Made by a program: the position numbers and the translations under genes
NCBI GenBank assembly: GCA_034520885.1
Contig: JAXHNE010000004.1
Coordinates: 9,983-73,982, forward strand
Direction: 5' to 3'
Length of the DNA: 64,000 nt
DNA from: Candidatus Saccharimonadota bacterium
GTDB lineage: Bacteria; Patescibacteriota; Saccharimonadia; Saccharimonadales; JAXHNE01
In this document: in pieces, positions 30,986 to 41,279 of the stretch
How positions within the stretch are numbered: position 1 is the first letter of the stretch
Layout of the letters: every line of letters begins with the position of its first letter
Notes under the pieces: generated by a model
Database searches by the model: none
What the model was told of the DNA's origin: nothing
Seen by the model: the letters and a program-made list of their open reading frames with translations, nothing else

Positions 30986-31724
30986 TGATAGTTCCGTACA
31001 AACTAAATTAAACCAAGCTTCTACCCACATAGCAGATGGCACTGCTGCCCATGCTGCTTCAGCCATTGGCTTTACCCCTGCAGGCTCCATCAGTTCTACT
31101 GATGTGCAAGCCGCACTTACGGAGATTGATACGGACGTGACAGCCATTCCAGAAGCAGTCGCGGGGCGTATGATTACTATTACTCCAACCGGCAGTAACA
31201 CTTCACGCTTTGATGTCTTGCCGGGGGTTGCGAGGCGAGTTGGCATCGGAACTACCACTGGATTTATAAATAATCAAACGGGGCCATTTGATGTTTTTGA
31301 TCCGATTAACGTTACGGGCATGGTGCAAGGTGATGAATTGCATATTCAGGCAAATGGGTACTGGAAGAACAACTCCGGGAGTGCCGCATCACTTACGTTG
31401 TATGTTGCAGTGAACGCTACGACCATTGCCACCTTTGCCGCATCATCTATAGCAACTAATGCTACGAACCGAGCGTGGACGATTGACTTAAAAATGACGT
31501 GTGGCACATTCATCGGCGCAACACTATTCGGTGGGGGTATTAGCACCTTGGGGGCTACTGATAATTCACAAAGTGCCGAGCGAGTGTGGTCTCGCCGTGT
31601 CTCTCAAGCGTTTGATTACACGAACGACTTTACGGTCAATATCACGGCAGAACATGACGTTGCAGACGCCAATGTAGAAACTTGGGGAATCCGCGCAGCA
31701 ATTTATCATACGATTGGAACATGA
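30765..31724 (+). CDS. MARLP-head protein A2, phage tail-fibre-like
   Basis: Same head as A1, then HAASAIGFTPAGSISSTDVQAALTE and an unrelated beta-rich tail. Confidence 0.75.
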   Translation: MARLPVPGGDVGNWGEILNSYLKVSHDSGGAIKSGSVTNGMLAGSIAQNKITNLTSDLADKYVLPGGGVPEADLDSSVQTKLNQASTHIADGTAAHAASAIGFTPAGSISSTDVQAALTEIDTDVTAIPEAVAGRMITITPTGSNTSRFDVLPGVARRVGIGTTTGFINNQTGPFDVFDPINVTGMVQGDELHIQANGYWKNNSGSAASLTLYVAVNATTIATFAASSIATNATNRAWTIDLKMTCGTFIGATLFGGGISTLGATDNSQSAERVWSRRVSQAFDYTNDFTVNITAEHDVADANVETWGIRAAIYHTIGT

Positions 31725-32974
31725 GTATATCTAATTTACGAAATGGTGGTGCGGGTTCAGGTCCACAGTGTTGGACGGCTCCGGATGGCACGGAGTACAC
31801 CGTGGTTATTATGAATGACTGGAACGCACTTGCATGTCGCAGGGCACCGGGACAGGCGTGGGAAACGTTTGATTTATCCACCATTTCAGGTAACCCACTC
31901 GGCTTACCAGTGGGTTCGGGTGACGCTCACAACAGGCTGGCAATTTGCCGCGACTCATCAGGATATATTCACATTGTCGGCAACACGCACGGCGAGCAAG
32001 TCATGCACTATATCAAATCTAATCAGCCGGATTCAATTGCAGGTGGTTTTAGTTCGGCAGCCGGTCTTATTGATTTAACTCCATCGTTTGAGGGCGTGGA
32101 CCCAGCTAATGCTGTGCGGGGTACGTACGACACATTCCTGCCTTTTACTAACGGTGTTATTGCCTGGTTGCGGGGGCAAAGAGATCAGCAATCCGTGCTT
32201 GGACGCGACTCTGTTTGTTACGTATTGAAACCCGGAGAAACTAACTGGCAACCGTGGGATGGTGTGGGAGATCTTATAAAGTGTGACAATACTGAAAACA
32301 ATGGTGACCCCGAGCGAGCCTACTGCCACGCTGTTACGGTACACAATGACACCTTGTGGGTTTCGGGTGTGTGGCAATGGGATGCAGTTGAATCAGGGGA
32401 GCCTGAAGTGGATGAAGGTCAAGACACGCGTCGTGAGCCGTTCATGATTAAATCTGACGATTTTTCGACCGCAATCATGAACAATAACATACCAACGTTC
32501 ACATCAGTAAGCGGGCAGACGGTTATCATGCCCATACTGGAGCCGGAATCAAAAGCAGTAACAGACTGCACAATACCGAACACGCTAGATCCGTCATTAC
32601 TAGGCGGTAACCTCGGTTTTGACAGCAATGACAACATTCATTTTACAGAGTCCGGGTATGTAAATGGGCGACATCACTGGTGGGACGGCAGCGCCTGGCA
32701 GCAGGAGGACGATAGTGAGCTTTTCGTTCCTTTTATTGGTCTCGTGCAAGCGAAAGGACAACTGCACCACTACAAAACCAGTGGTGGAAAGCTGAAAATT
32801 ACGAACCTAGAAACAAACGATTTCTTTTACTTGGGCTATGACGTTCCGGGTAATTTTAGTCCACTACCAGACCCTATTGCGCTAAGCAATGGGGTGCTAA
32901 AATTCTCCATTCCGGACGGTGATGCCCCGCAGACTTATTCATTTGGTACTGGTACAAGACTCAAAATACCTTGA
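31721..32974 (+). CDS. partner protein B2, BNR-4-like beta-propeller
   Basis: ATGA overlap with A2. GDAHNRLAICRDSSGYIHIVGNTH resembles the BNR_4 DxHN...D..GY.H motif. Confidence 0.7.
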   Translation: MSISNLRNGGAGSGPQCWTAPDGTEYTVVIMNDWNALACRRAPGQAWETFDLSTISGNPLGLPVGSGDAHNRLAICRDSSGYIHIVGNTHGEQVMHYIKSNQPDSIAGGFSSAAGLIDLTPSFEGVDPANAVRGTYDTFLPFTNGVIAWLRGQRDQQSVLGRDSVCYVLKPGETNWQPWDGVGDLIKCDNTENNGDPERAYCHAVTVHNDTLWVSGVWQWDAVESGEPEVDEGQDTRREPFMIKSDDFSTAIMNNNIPTFTSVSGQTVIMPILEPESKAVTDCTIPNTLDPSLLGGNLGFDSNDNIHFTESGYVNGRHHWWDGSAWQQEDDSELFVPFIGLVQAKGQLHHYKTSGGKLKITNLETNDFFYLGYDVPGNFSPLPDPIALSNGVLKFSIPDGDAPQTYSFGTGTRLKIP

Positions 32975-32986
32975 ATAGTTTAGTCG

Positions 32987-34801
32987 CTAAGTGGTCTTGT
33001 TTTTTACGTCTTGCTGAGTCGGGCTTTGATCCGTTCCACGGTTTGATGATGGATAGAACAAAGTTCCCGGTTTGGGCCCTTGGTTGGGGGTTGAATCGTA
33101 AAGCTGCTGTTGTGCGTCTTGTGGGCTTGATAGATTATTATGTATGGAAGGCAGGGTATTTTGACCAACAGTGTGGCTGAGGAGGGTTGATTGCAGACGG
33201 CGCTTGCGCCGCAAAAAGTAGACACCTGAAGTCAATAGGGCGATACCCCCAAAAGCAGTAATAAATATCAATAGTGCGTTACTGTTGTCCGAAGGCGATG
33301 GTTGGCCTGGCTGGTCGCTGCTTTGGCCGCCGCTGGATGACCCGCTGCCATATGCTGGCTCATTTTTGGAGCTGTTGTTTTCGCTTGTGACCCCGTCTTC
33401 GTCCCGTGTCCCCGCGTCTTGATCGTTGTACGAGTACGAATTGCCACTTGACCCCGAACCGGTGCCACCCCCCGTATTACTCGTGTCAGTACCGTCGTCG
33501 GTCGAAGGGGAGGTGTTATCACCACCACCGCTTCCACCTCCTCCGTCATCGCTTGGTGGCGGGTCGGGGCAAGTTGGACCGGAGTCCGGATCTGGCTGCT
33601 GACCATCCGGACCAATAGTGTTGTTTTCTTCGCAGACATTCACTACGCTACTGTCGTCGTAAAACGCAAACCCGACCGCGTCAATGACCGAATTATTTTT
33701 CATGACAGCATCGCGAACCCGCCTGAGCTCGATGAGTTTCATGTTTCTGTTTTCCTGCGCCACGGTGTTATTTCCGGTAAAGTTAAAGCCTAAAACACTG
33801 TCCACGATTATGGTTCTTTCGGAGTTCGTACCATGTTGTCTGTTGGAGTCATTATCAATAAATCGATAGTTTCTGCGCTTGAACGAGCTGGCGTCTGATG
33901 GGTTAGCTTTATTGGGCGGGACGATATGGATCTTCATTGCCATGCCATCAAGCGTATTGTTATTAAATAATACATTTTCTATAACGGCATCAGCCCCGCC
34001 GTTAGCCAGAAAATTTAGTCGGGCCGGGCCAAAAAGGTTATTACGAAATGTTAGGTTTTGCATATTTGCACCGGCGTAGTTGGCTTCAAAATCTATCATC
34101 GATCGCCGCACTTGGCGCATATCGTTATTTTCGAATAACAGGTTAGAGCCGTCCACTATAGCTAGTCCTTGGCGTCCATTTTGCGCGAATGTACCATTCC
34201 TGACGGTTAAGCCGTCTCCACCGCTCATGTATACGAAATCGCCCCACACTTGATAGCCTTCCACGTTGCTTAGAACGGTGTTTTCAGAATCAATAATGTT
34301 GTAAGCGTGTTGTGCTTCCAGCTCCGCTATGTACTGACCGTCCGGACCTCCGTTAGAATTCGGACCACGTACCGTAAGATCTTTGATAGTAATATTCTGA
34401 CTATCACTCACAGTTATGTTTGAACGATTACGCGGCCAGTTATACGCGGGAAAATAATTGCTGGGTGGTGAGGTGTCGTGTCCGTCCGTGTACTGAACCA
34501 TCTCTGAGCCATTTCCATCTAGCGTAAGCCCGCTACGCTCAAGGATCAACAGCGGTAACTCAGCATGATAGCAAGCATTGTTGCCAAATTGCAGCGTGGA
34601 GCCATCGGGGGCGTCGTCAACCCAAGACTGTATCTCGCCTGTAACATCTTCGCTACAATCGTCGGCAATCGACCCCGGTATTGTAACTGTCGTTGCGGCT
34701 CTTGAACCGGTCAGTAAAATTGTCATGCTAACGGCAAACAAACATACGAATAAAGCTTTCACGTAAAACTGTTTTGAACGGTGTTTTTTTTGATTTGCCA
34801 T
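32987..34801 (-). CDS. right-handed beta-helix (pectin-lyase-like) surface protein
   Basis: Signal peptide, NGRQGLAIVDGSNLLFENN-type coils, Gly/Ser linker and a C-terminal TM followed by RRKRR. Confidence 0.82.
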   Translation of the reverse strand: MANQKKHRSKQFYVKALFVCLFAVSMTILLTGSRAATTVTIPGSIADDCSEDVTGEIQSWVDDAPDGSTLQFGNNACYHAELPLLILERSGLTLDGNGSEMVQYTDGHDTSPPSNYFPAYNWPRNRSNITVSDSQNITIKDLTVRGPNSNGGPDGQYIAELEAQHAYNIIDSENTVLSNVEGYQVWGDFVYMSGGDGLTVRNGTFAQNGRQGLAIVDGSNLLFENNDMRQVRRSMIDFEANYAGANMQNLTFRNNLFGPARLNFLANGGADAVIENVLFNNNTLDGMAMKIHIVPPNKANPSDASSFKRRNYRFIDNDSNRQHGTNSERTIIVDSVLGFNFTGNNTVAQENRNMKLIELRRVRDAVMKNNSVIDAVGFAFYDDSSVVNVCEENNTIGPDGQQPDPDSGPTCPDPPPSDDGGGGSGGGDNTSPSTDDGTDTSNTGGGTGSGSSGNSYSYNDQDAGTRDEDGVTSENNSSKNEPAYGSGSSSGGQSSDQPGQPSPSDNSNALLIFITAFGGIALLTSGVYFLRRKRRLQSTLLSHTVGQNTLPSIHNNLSSPQDAQQQLYDSTPNQGPKPGTLFYPSSNRGTDQSPTQQDVKNKTT

Positions 34802-34950
34802 GGCGGGGTAGTTTTGCCGGCTCGGTTGCTACTTTTGCCGGCTAATTTATACTTGTGCGCCTATCTGTTAGCGTTGTGTTTTGATCTCCAGCCTATAGTA
34901 TAAAGCATGTAACCTATATGCCTAAACGTAACGGGGCAATTTGCATTAAA

Positions 34951-34973
34951 TAAAAAACACCTCGTAGGGTGTT
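34951..34973 (-). terminator. terminator of the tRNA-Ala/Ile transcript
   Basis: Minus strand reads aacacc..ggtgtt followed by a U-run. Confidence 0.55.
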
Positions 34974-35095
34974 GGTCGTGATGGGCGACCCGGGACTGGC
35001 CGAGTTATACGACACGGCACCGTATCGTATGATACGGTGAACCTCGCTATTAAATGTTCGCTTTGACTCGGGCGTTAGTGAAATTGAATTCTTGC

Positions 35096-35171
35096 TGGTG
35101 GGCGACCCAGGATTTGAACCTGGGACCTCTTCATTATCAGTGAAGCGCTCTAACCACTGAGCTAGCCGCCC
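35096..35171 (-). tRNA. tRNA-Ile(GAT)
   Basis: GGGCGGCTAGCTCAGTGG..CTTCA-CT-GAT-AA-TGAAG..GGTTCAAATCC..CCA. Confidence 0.97.
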
Positions 35172-35227
35172 GCGTACTTTATTGTCTTCTTTCGCTAGGG
35201 CCTGCCATACGTAGCCTTGGCGAAGTA

Positions 35228-35304
35228 TGGTGGAGCGTCGGGGACTCGAACCCCGGACCCCCTGCTTGCAAAGCAGGTGCTCTAGCCAACTGAGCTAACG
35301 CCCC
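35228..35304 (-). tRNA. tRNA-Ala(TGC)
   Basis: GGGGCGTTAGCTCAGTTGG..CCTGC-TT-TGC-AA-GCAGG..GGTTCGAGTCC..CCA. Confidence 0.97.
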
Positions 35305-35768
35305 TCAGGATAAGACTCGCGTTATTGTAACGGAAACCATCCAATAAAACAAGCTTCTAACAGGGAAGAAACAAGATATCCATTGTTTTTCCACGTGGGT
35401 GGATACTGGAATTTGTTCAAAATTACACCATGGGTGATATTTTATTGTTCAATACGTAATTCGAATATTTCCACCGAAATTTAATTTAAATTGTATTTAA
35501 ATTAAATTTTATGTAAAATAGATCTGTAGTAATTGAAAGAGTGCTTTGAGGGCAGTGTGAGAGCCCTTAAAGCAAACATTAAAAACATGGGTTCTGCGCT
35601 TGAGTGTAGTTTGTTAGTTCTTAGTGAGAAGCACAGCACGGCGTACTCATTGGTACGGTACGCGAGCATTACAACTAAAACTGGCAAAATACACCAAGAA
35701 CAGTAACCGGTTACAAGCTGTGCTTGATGAGCGGGTTACTGAAGCGCATAAGCCATGAAGGAGGGAAG

Positions 35769-35942
35769 ATGGGGACTTATAAGGCAGGCGAACAAAACCA
35801 ACGAGTTTTATCCAAAAATAACACTGGTACGTATACCGTAAGCGTGCCAATTGAAATGATCCGCCAGCTAAAATGGCAAGACGGACAACGGATAAACTTG
35901 GAAAAACGTGGCAAAACCATCGTCATAAGCGACTGGGAATAG
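35769..35942 (+). CDS. AbrB/MazE/SpoVT-like DNA-binding protein
   Basis: TYTVSVPIEMIRQLKWQDGQ..LEKRGKTIVI. AAGGAGG RBS upstream. Confidence 0.8.
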   Translation: MGTYKAGEQNQRVLSKNNTGTYTVSVPIEMIRQLKWQDGQRINLEKRGKTIVISDWE

Positions 35943-35943
35943 C

Positions 35944-36363
35944 GTGAAGGTCTACGGTGTTCGAGTAATTGTTAGAAAGGGTGACAAGTATCTGTTGGTG
36001 CAACATAATCAGACGCCGCAATATCCTGGCGATGTAAGGGACCCGGAAAAGCGTGGTCTCTGGAGCTTTCCTGGTGGCCATTTTGAAGGTGACGAATCGC
36101 CAGAACAAGCAGTAGTGCGCGAGCTGCAAGAGGAATTTAAGCTTGTGGTTAATCAAATTAGCTATGTCGGCGAGTTGTCGTATAAAAACAAGCTTTATAA
36201 AGTGTACTCAGCAAAAACAGATCAAGAGATAATCTATTTTGATGAAAAAGAAATAGAAGCCTATCGCTGGTTTAGTTTTGAAGATGTTAAAGATTTGACG
36301 CGTTCAGGCTTAGAGCACACAGGTTACGAGTACAGTTTGCTGCAGAGTGTCCACAATTCTTGA
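35944..36363 (+). CDS. NUDIX hydrolase
   Basis: Nudix box GGHFEGDESPEQAVVRELQEE. Confidence 0.9.
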   Translation: MKVYGVRVIVRKGDKYLLVQHNQTPQYPGDVRDPEKRGLWSFPGGHFEGDESPEQAVVRELQEEFKLVVNQISYVGELSYKNKLYKVYSAKTDQEIIYFDEKEIEAYRWFSFEDVKDLTRSGLEHTGYEYSLLQSVHNS

Positions 36364-36492
36364 AAAACCACCAACTCCCCAAGAAAGTTCAATACGAGAT
36401 GCAGCTAAGCAGCGCCACCCAAGCCGCAGAGACCTTGACTAACCCCTTCCAAAGCGAAGACTAAATTACATCAATTGTCGCCAGAATATGAG

Positions 36493-36521
36493 TTGACCTG
36501 ATCTGTTATTCTTGCTATTAT
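36493..36521 (+). promoter_or_regulatory. independent promoter for 23S-5S
   Basis: TTGACC-17-TATTAT with an extended TG. Confidence 0.6.
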
Positions 36522-36765
36522 GACCGGGCTGCTTGAGTTTAAGTCATTAGATTTGACCTAAACCGCCAAGCTAAAAACGTAAACTCAAGCTAATAGAAGC
36601 AACGCAGCAAAGGAATTTTCTTTATGTGTGGGCTTGGGTCGTAACTTAACAAGTTGAATGAAATCAAGTAAAGATGATCCCTCACCTTTTCTGCTTTCGA
36701 GTAATCTATAACTAGATTACGAGAATGAACGAAAAAGTGAGTGGATGTAAGGCAAACGGCATAGT

Positions 36766-36882
36766 ATTGGTTGCTAGCGCAACGGTTCAAAGTTGAAAGT
36801 TCTTAAAGTATAAAGTTATGAAACCCATACTTTTTACTTTTAAGTTTATAAACTTTGTAACTCAAGTTGGTAGTTACCAATA
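36766..36882 (+). repeat. heptamer-repeat hairpin in the 23S leader
   Basis: AAAGTTG-type and ACTTTT-type arms. 27 nt (36789-36815) are identical to 37937-37963. Confidence 0.75.
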
Positions 36883-36984
36883 ACTAGTCAATCCGCCTTT
36901 GCCCCTTTGGGGGCTATGGGCGGACTTGTCGAAACTCTTCGGAGTGGAGACGAGTTGCACATCAAATCAACTCACGTGATTGTG

Positions 36985-37080
36985 CTTGGATGCAATACAA
37001 GGAAGAAGCGAGTAACGCAGCGAGCCGTACTTAGGTACGGTGAGTGAGTAACACAGCTTCTGACGCAGTAGTGCGCCAAG
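36985..37080. repeat. palindromic REP/RPE-like element
   Basis: cttgg...cagcgagccgtacttaggtacggtgagtgagtaacacag...ccaag. Confidence 0.65.
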
Positions 37081-37308
37081 AACAACAACAGGGTAGCGAG
37101 CTTTGCTCGTTAGCAGGTTGTTGTGACACAAACGCGTGAAACGTAAAAAGTTACTCAAGCGCGCACAACGGATGCCTTGACGTAAGATACCGACGAAGGA
37201 CGTGAGGAGCTGCGATAAGCTCCGGGGAGCTGCTTACTAAGCTTTGAACCGGAGATGTCCGAATGGGGAAACCCGATGGGAGTCATGTCTCATCACCATT
37301 ATCTGAAT

Positions 37309-37475
37309 GTGGCCTCATCTGATGTCAAAATTTTTGATTGAGCGCACAGATCAGTTGTCTGAAACAGCGGAAAATTATTAAGACGTATGTGTATAATACG
37401 TCGAAAGAATTTTACACTGTTGTCAGTCGCTGCTATGCGTGCTCAACAGAATATTTTGGCATTAGATGAGGCCTG
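37309..37475 (+). other. 23S intervening hairpin (palindromic element), domain I
   Basis: ggcctcatct.../...agatgaggcc closes a ~165-nt rod with a gacgtat/atacgtc apex. Confidence 0.8.
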
Positions 37476-37598
37476 ATAGGATAATAGGCGGTAAGCGGGG
37501 GAACTGAATCATCTTAGTACCCTGAGGAAGAGAAAGTAAACAACGATGCCGGTAGTAGTGGCGAGCGAACCCGGTAGAGCCCAAACCTTATTATGCTC

Positions 37599-37696
37599 CA
37601 GCTGTATCTCACTGCTGAAGCAAGCAACTAGCAAATAGAAACTAGCTAATACCTAGTTCCTGATTCCTGGTTTCTTGTCAGTAGCGAGATGCAGCC
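37599..37696 (+). repeat. 23S heptamer-repeat hairpin insertion
   Basis: gctgtatctc.ctgctga / tcagtag.gagatgcagc with AACTAG and TTCCTG arms. Confidence 0.7.
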
Positions 37697-37909
37697 GGTA
37701 AGGCTGGTAGGCTAATGCATATAAGGGGTTGTGACACTACAAATATCCAAGACGGAGCACTAGATTTATCTAGCATTCCGTTTTGGCAGTCTGAGCTACC
37801 ACCATCAGGCACAAAGTAAGAAATTTGCCGAGCGAGCAGAATCCGCTGGAAAGAGAGCCAAAGAGCGTGAAAGCCGCGTATGCCAAGCGAAGCAAACTTT
37901 GTTTTTGTA

Positions 37910-38032
37910 GCGCTTGCGCTCTGCGCAAGCAAGTTGAAAGTTGAAAGTTCTTAAAGTATAAAGCAAGTGATTCCTACTACTTTATACTTGTTACTTTTTA
38001 ACTTTTGAACTTGCACGCGTGGAACGCGAGCA
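37910..38032 (+). repeat. 23S heptamer-repeat hairpin insertion
   Basis: gcaagtt-(AAAGTTG)n ... (ACTTTT)n-aacttgc. Confidence 0.8.
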
Positions 38033-38209
38033 TTTGTCGAGTAGATCGGAACACGAGAAACTCTGATTGAATCCGGAGGGACCACCCTCCAAGGCTAAAT
38101 ATATCTTACGATCGATAGAGAACTAGTACCGTGAGGGAAAGGTTAAAAGAACCCCGGGAGGGGAGTGAAATAGAACCTGAAATTGTGTGCGTACAAGGAG
38201 TCGGAGCCA

Positions 38210-38396
38210 ATGCTTCGCATTGGCAAATTCGAAGCACGAAGTAACGAAATAGGAAACAAGCACGAAACAAGAAATAAGAAGCACGAAACAAGAAATAAGA
38301 AGCACGAAACCGAAGGGTTTAAAGTTTCTGATTTCAGATTTCAGATTTGTTTCAAATTTCAAAATTTCGGATTTCAGATTTGCTGATGCGGAGCAT
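38210..38396 (+). repeat. 23S helix-25-region heptamer-repeat insertion
   Basis: atgcttcgcattggcaaatt / gatttgctgatgcggagcat. Includes a 21-nt unit aagcacgaaacaagaaataag twice and a (GATTTCA)n arm. Confidence 0.85.
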
Positions 38397-39010
38397 CAGG
38401 TGACGGCGTGCTTTTTGTAGAACGATCCAGCGAGTTACTGATACACGCAAGCTTAAGTCAATTGACGGAGGCGCAGTGAAAGCGAGCCTGAATAGGGCGA
38501 ATTAGTGTGTATTAGTAGACCCGAAACCGAGTGATCTAACCATGGCCAGGTTGAAGCGCAGGTAATACTGCGTGGAGGACCGCACCAGGGAGCGCTGCAA
38601 AGCTCTTGGATGAGCTGTGGTTAGCGGTGAAATGCCAATCGAACTCGGAGATAGCTGGTTCTCCTCGAAATAGCTTTAGGGCTAGCGTCGTACGGTAGCA
38701 TGTGGGGGTAGAGCTCTGTTTCGGACTGGGGCGCGCAAGCGTACCCACCCTTGACAAACTACGAATACCATATGTGGAACTACGGCAGTTAGAACGGCGG
38801 GGCTAAGCTCGTCGCTCAAAAGGGAAACAGCCCAGACCATCATCTAAGGTCCCTAAGTCTATGCTAAGTGGGAAACGAGGTGAGATTTCTTAAACAACGA
38901 GGATGTTGGCTTAGAAGCAGCCATTCATTTAAAGAGTGCGTAACAGCTCACTCGTCAAGAGATCTCGCGCGGAAAATGTAACGGGGCTAAGCATAGCACC
39001 GAAGATATGG

Positions 39011-39133
39011 GCTTGTGCGTAGCACAAGCGAGTTAAAAGTTCGTAAAGTTAAAAGTTCGTAAAGTTTTGAATATTTTTCATTACTTTCGACTTGCTACTT
39101 TCAACTTTCGACTTGCTCGTGCTATGCATGAGC
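39011..39133 (+). repeat. 23S helix-45-region heptamer-repeat insertion
   Basis: gcttgtgcgtagcac / gtgctatgcatgagc with AAAGTT and ACTTTCG arms. Confidence 0.8.
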
Positions 39134-39618
39134 GGTAGAGGAGCGTTGATATTGCATTGAAGTCGAACTGCGAGGTTCGGTGGAGCGGTATCAAGTGAGA
39201 ATGCTGGAATGAGTAACCATAAGGCAGGTGAGAATCCTGCCCACCGAAAGAGCAAGGTTTCCTGGGCCACGGTAATCGTCCCAGGGTTAGTCGGTCCTAA
39301 GCCGAGGCGCGTAGCGTAGGCGATGGACAACGGGTTAATATTCCCGTACTAGTCTTACTTTGTTGTCAATGCGCGGCATGTTAGCCGGAGCGGGTTCATG
39401 GTTATACCCGTCTAAGGAGTGTAATAACTCCGAATGCGATCCGCCAGCCGGCGGAGAGTCCGGTGAGAGTGCTGACCAGAAAAGTTTGACAGCTTATGAG
39501 TATGGCTATCCGTACCGCAAACCAACACAGGTGCTCAGGTCGAGTAGACCAAGGTGTACGAGTGATTCTTCGTTAAGGAACTCGGCAATACAGCGACCGT
39601 AACTTCGGGATAAGGTCT

Positions 39619-39963
39619 CCCAGCCCTAGTTTTGGGCTTTATCCAGTCTCATATATCAGTATGGACTGCGATATACTGTTGCCATGTTCTTTGTTTACCT
39701 TTTGCAACATAACAAAACAAAGCAGATTTATATCGGCTATTCGGCCGATCTAAAACGCAGAGTTAGTGAGCATAATGCAAAAGGTAAGAAGTTTACGACC
39801 AAATCGAGCGGTCGTTGGCTTCTAAAATATTACGAAGCTTACGCGTCCGAGACAGACGCAAAGCTTCGCGAGCGTAAACTAAAGCAACATGGCAGCGCAA
39901 AGCACAAGTTAGTTGAGCGACTCGAAGAAAGTTTAACTCTTCGAGCCCAAAACTAGGGCTGGG
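39619..39963 (+). mobile_element. protein-coding intervening sequence in 23S (~helix 63)
   Basis: Perfect 20-bp IR cccagccctagttttgggct / agcccaaaactagggctggg enclosing an ORF. Confidence 0.85.
39684..39956 (+). CDS. small GIY-YIG nuclease
   Basis: FVYLL...IYIGYSADLKRRVSEHN...DAKLRERKLK. Confidence 0.92.
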   Translation: MFFVYLLQHNKTKQIYIGYSADLKRRVSEHNAKGKKFTTKSSGRWLLKYYEAYASETDAKLRERKLKQHGSAKHKLVERLEESLTLRAQN

Positions 39964-40250
39964 CGCAGCTAAGGAGCCCACGGAACTGTTTACCAAAAAC
40001 ACAGGTCTCTGCTAACACGAAAGTGGATGTATAGGGGCTGACTCCTGCCCGGTGCTGGAAGGTTAAGGGGATCGCTTCACGGCGAGAACTGAAGCCCCAG
40101 TGAACGGCGGCGGTAACTATAACCGTCCTAAGGTAGCGAAATTCCTTGTCAGGTAAGTTCTGACCCGCACGAATGGAGCAATCATGTGGGCACTGTCTCA
40201 ACGAAGAGCTCGGTGAAAGTGCATTGGCGGTAAAGATGCCGTCTGTCCGC

Positions 40251-40282
<32 letters not shown>

Positions 40283-40642
40283 ACAATTTGACATTGTGCC
40301 GAGTTTTAACATGTGCAGGATAGGTGGGAGACTTTGAAGCCCCGACGCTAGTCGGGGTGGAGTCATCAGTGAAATACCACTCTTGTTAAAATTTTGTACT
40401 TACTTGAACCGTTATCCGGTTTGGGAACAGTGTCTGATGGGTAGTTTAACTGGGGCGGTTGCCTCCCAAAGAGTAGCGGAGGCGTTCAAAGGTCGGCTAA
40501 GTTCGGATGGAAATCGAACCGATAGTGCAAGCGCAGAAGCCGGCTTGACTGTGAGGAGTACATTCCAAACAGACACGAAAGTGGGAGCTAGTGACCCGTC
40601 GTATCAGCCATTAGGCTAATGAACGTGGGATCGACGACGCAC

Positions 40643-40674
<32 letters not shown>

Positions 40675-40706
40675 TATAGCGCCCAATAGTTCACATAGAC
40701 GGCGCT

Positions 40707-40741
<35 letters not shown>

Positions 40742-40755
40742 AGGGGGAGCACCTT

Positions 40756-40826
<71 letters not shown>

Positions 40827-41108
40827 TTATATCCGCTGTGGACGATAGGAAACTTGAGAGGATCGACTCCTAGTACGAGAGGACCGGAGTGGACGCACCG
40901 CTGGTGTACCAGTTGTTCTACCAAGGGCATTGCTGGGTAGCTATGTGCGGATCGGATAAGCGCTGAAAGCATATAAAGCACGAAGCCGACCTCAAGATTA
41001 GGTTTCCCCATGAGGACCGTGATAGACGATCACGTTGATAGGCGCAAGGTGGAAGCATCGTGAGATGTGGAGCCGAAGCGTACTAATAGTCCCATTGACT
41101 TTTTACGA

Positions 41109-41279
41109 CCAGAACAGACACACCGTTCTTGAAAAGCCAGGCCAAGCCTGACTTTTCCAAGAACTTCTGGCGCATTGCACAGTTTTCACCTGTGGGACGC
41201 GTGAGTAGTATTTTCATACAACTCACTTGCGTTTCCTCGGCGATAAACTGCACACTGCATCCAGATGTGCCCGTTCTGG
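41109..41279. repeat. long palindromic element in the 23S-5S spacer
   Basis: ccagaac.../...gttctgg closing nested stems. Confidence 0.6.

Noticed and set aside
26127-36363. Prophage
   Set aside because: No integrase, terminase, capsid or portal genes. Only fibre-like modules are present.
38232-38385. Tandem repeats as a CRISPR array
   Set aside because: Period-7 and period-21 repeats without unique spacers, located inside the 23S, and no cas genes in the window.
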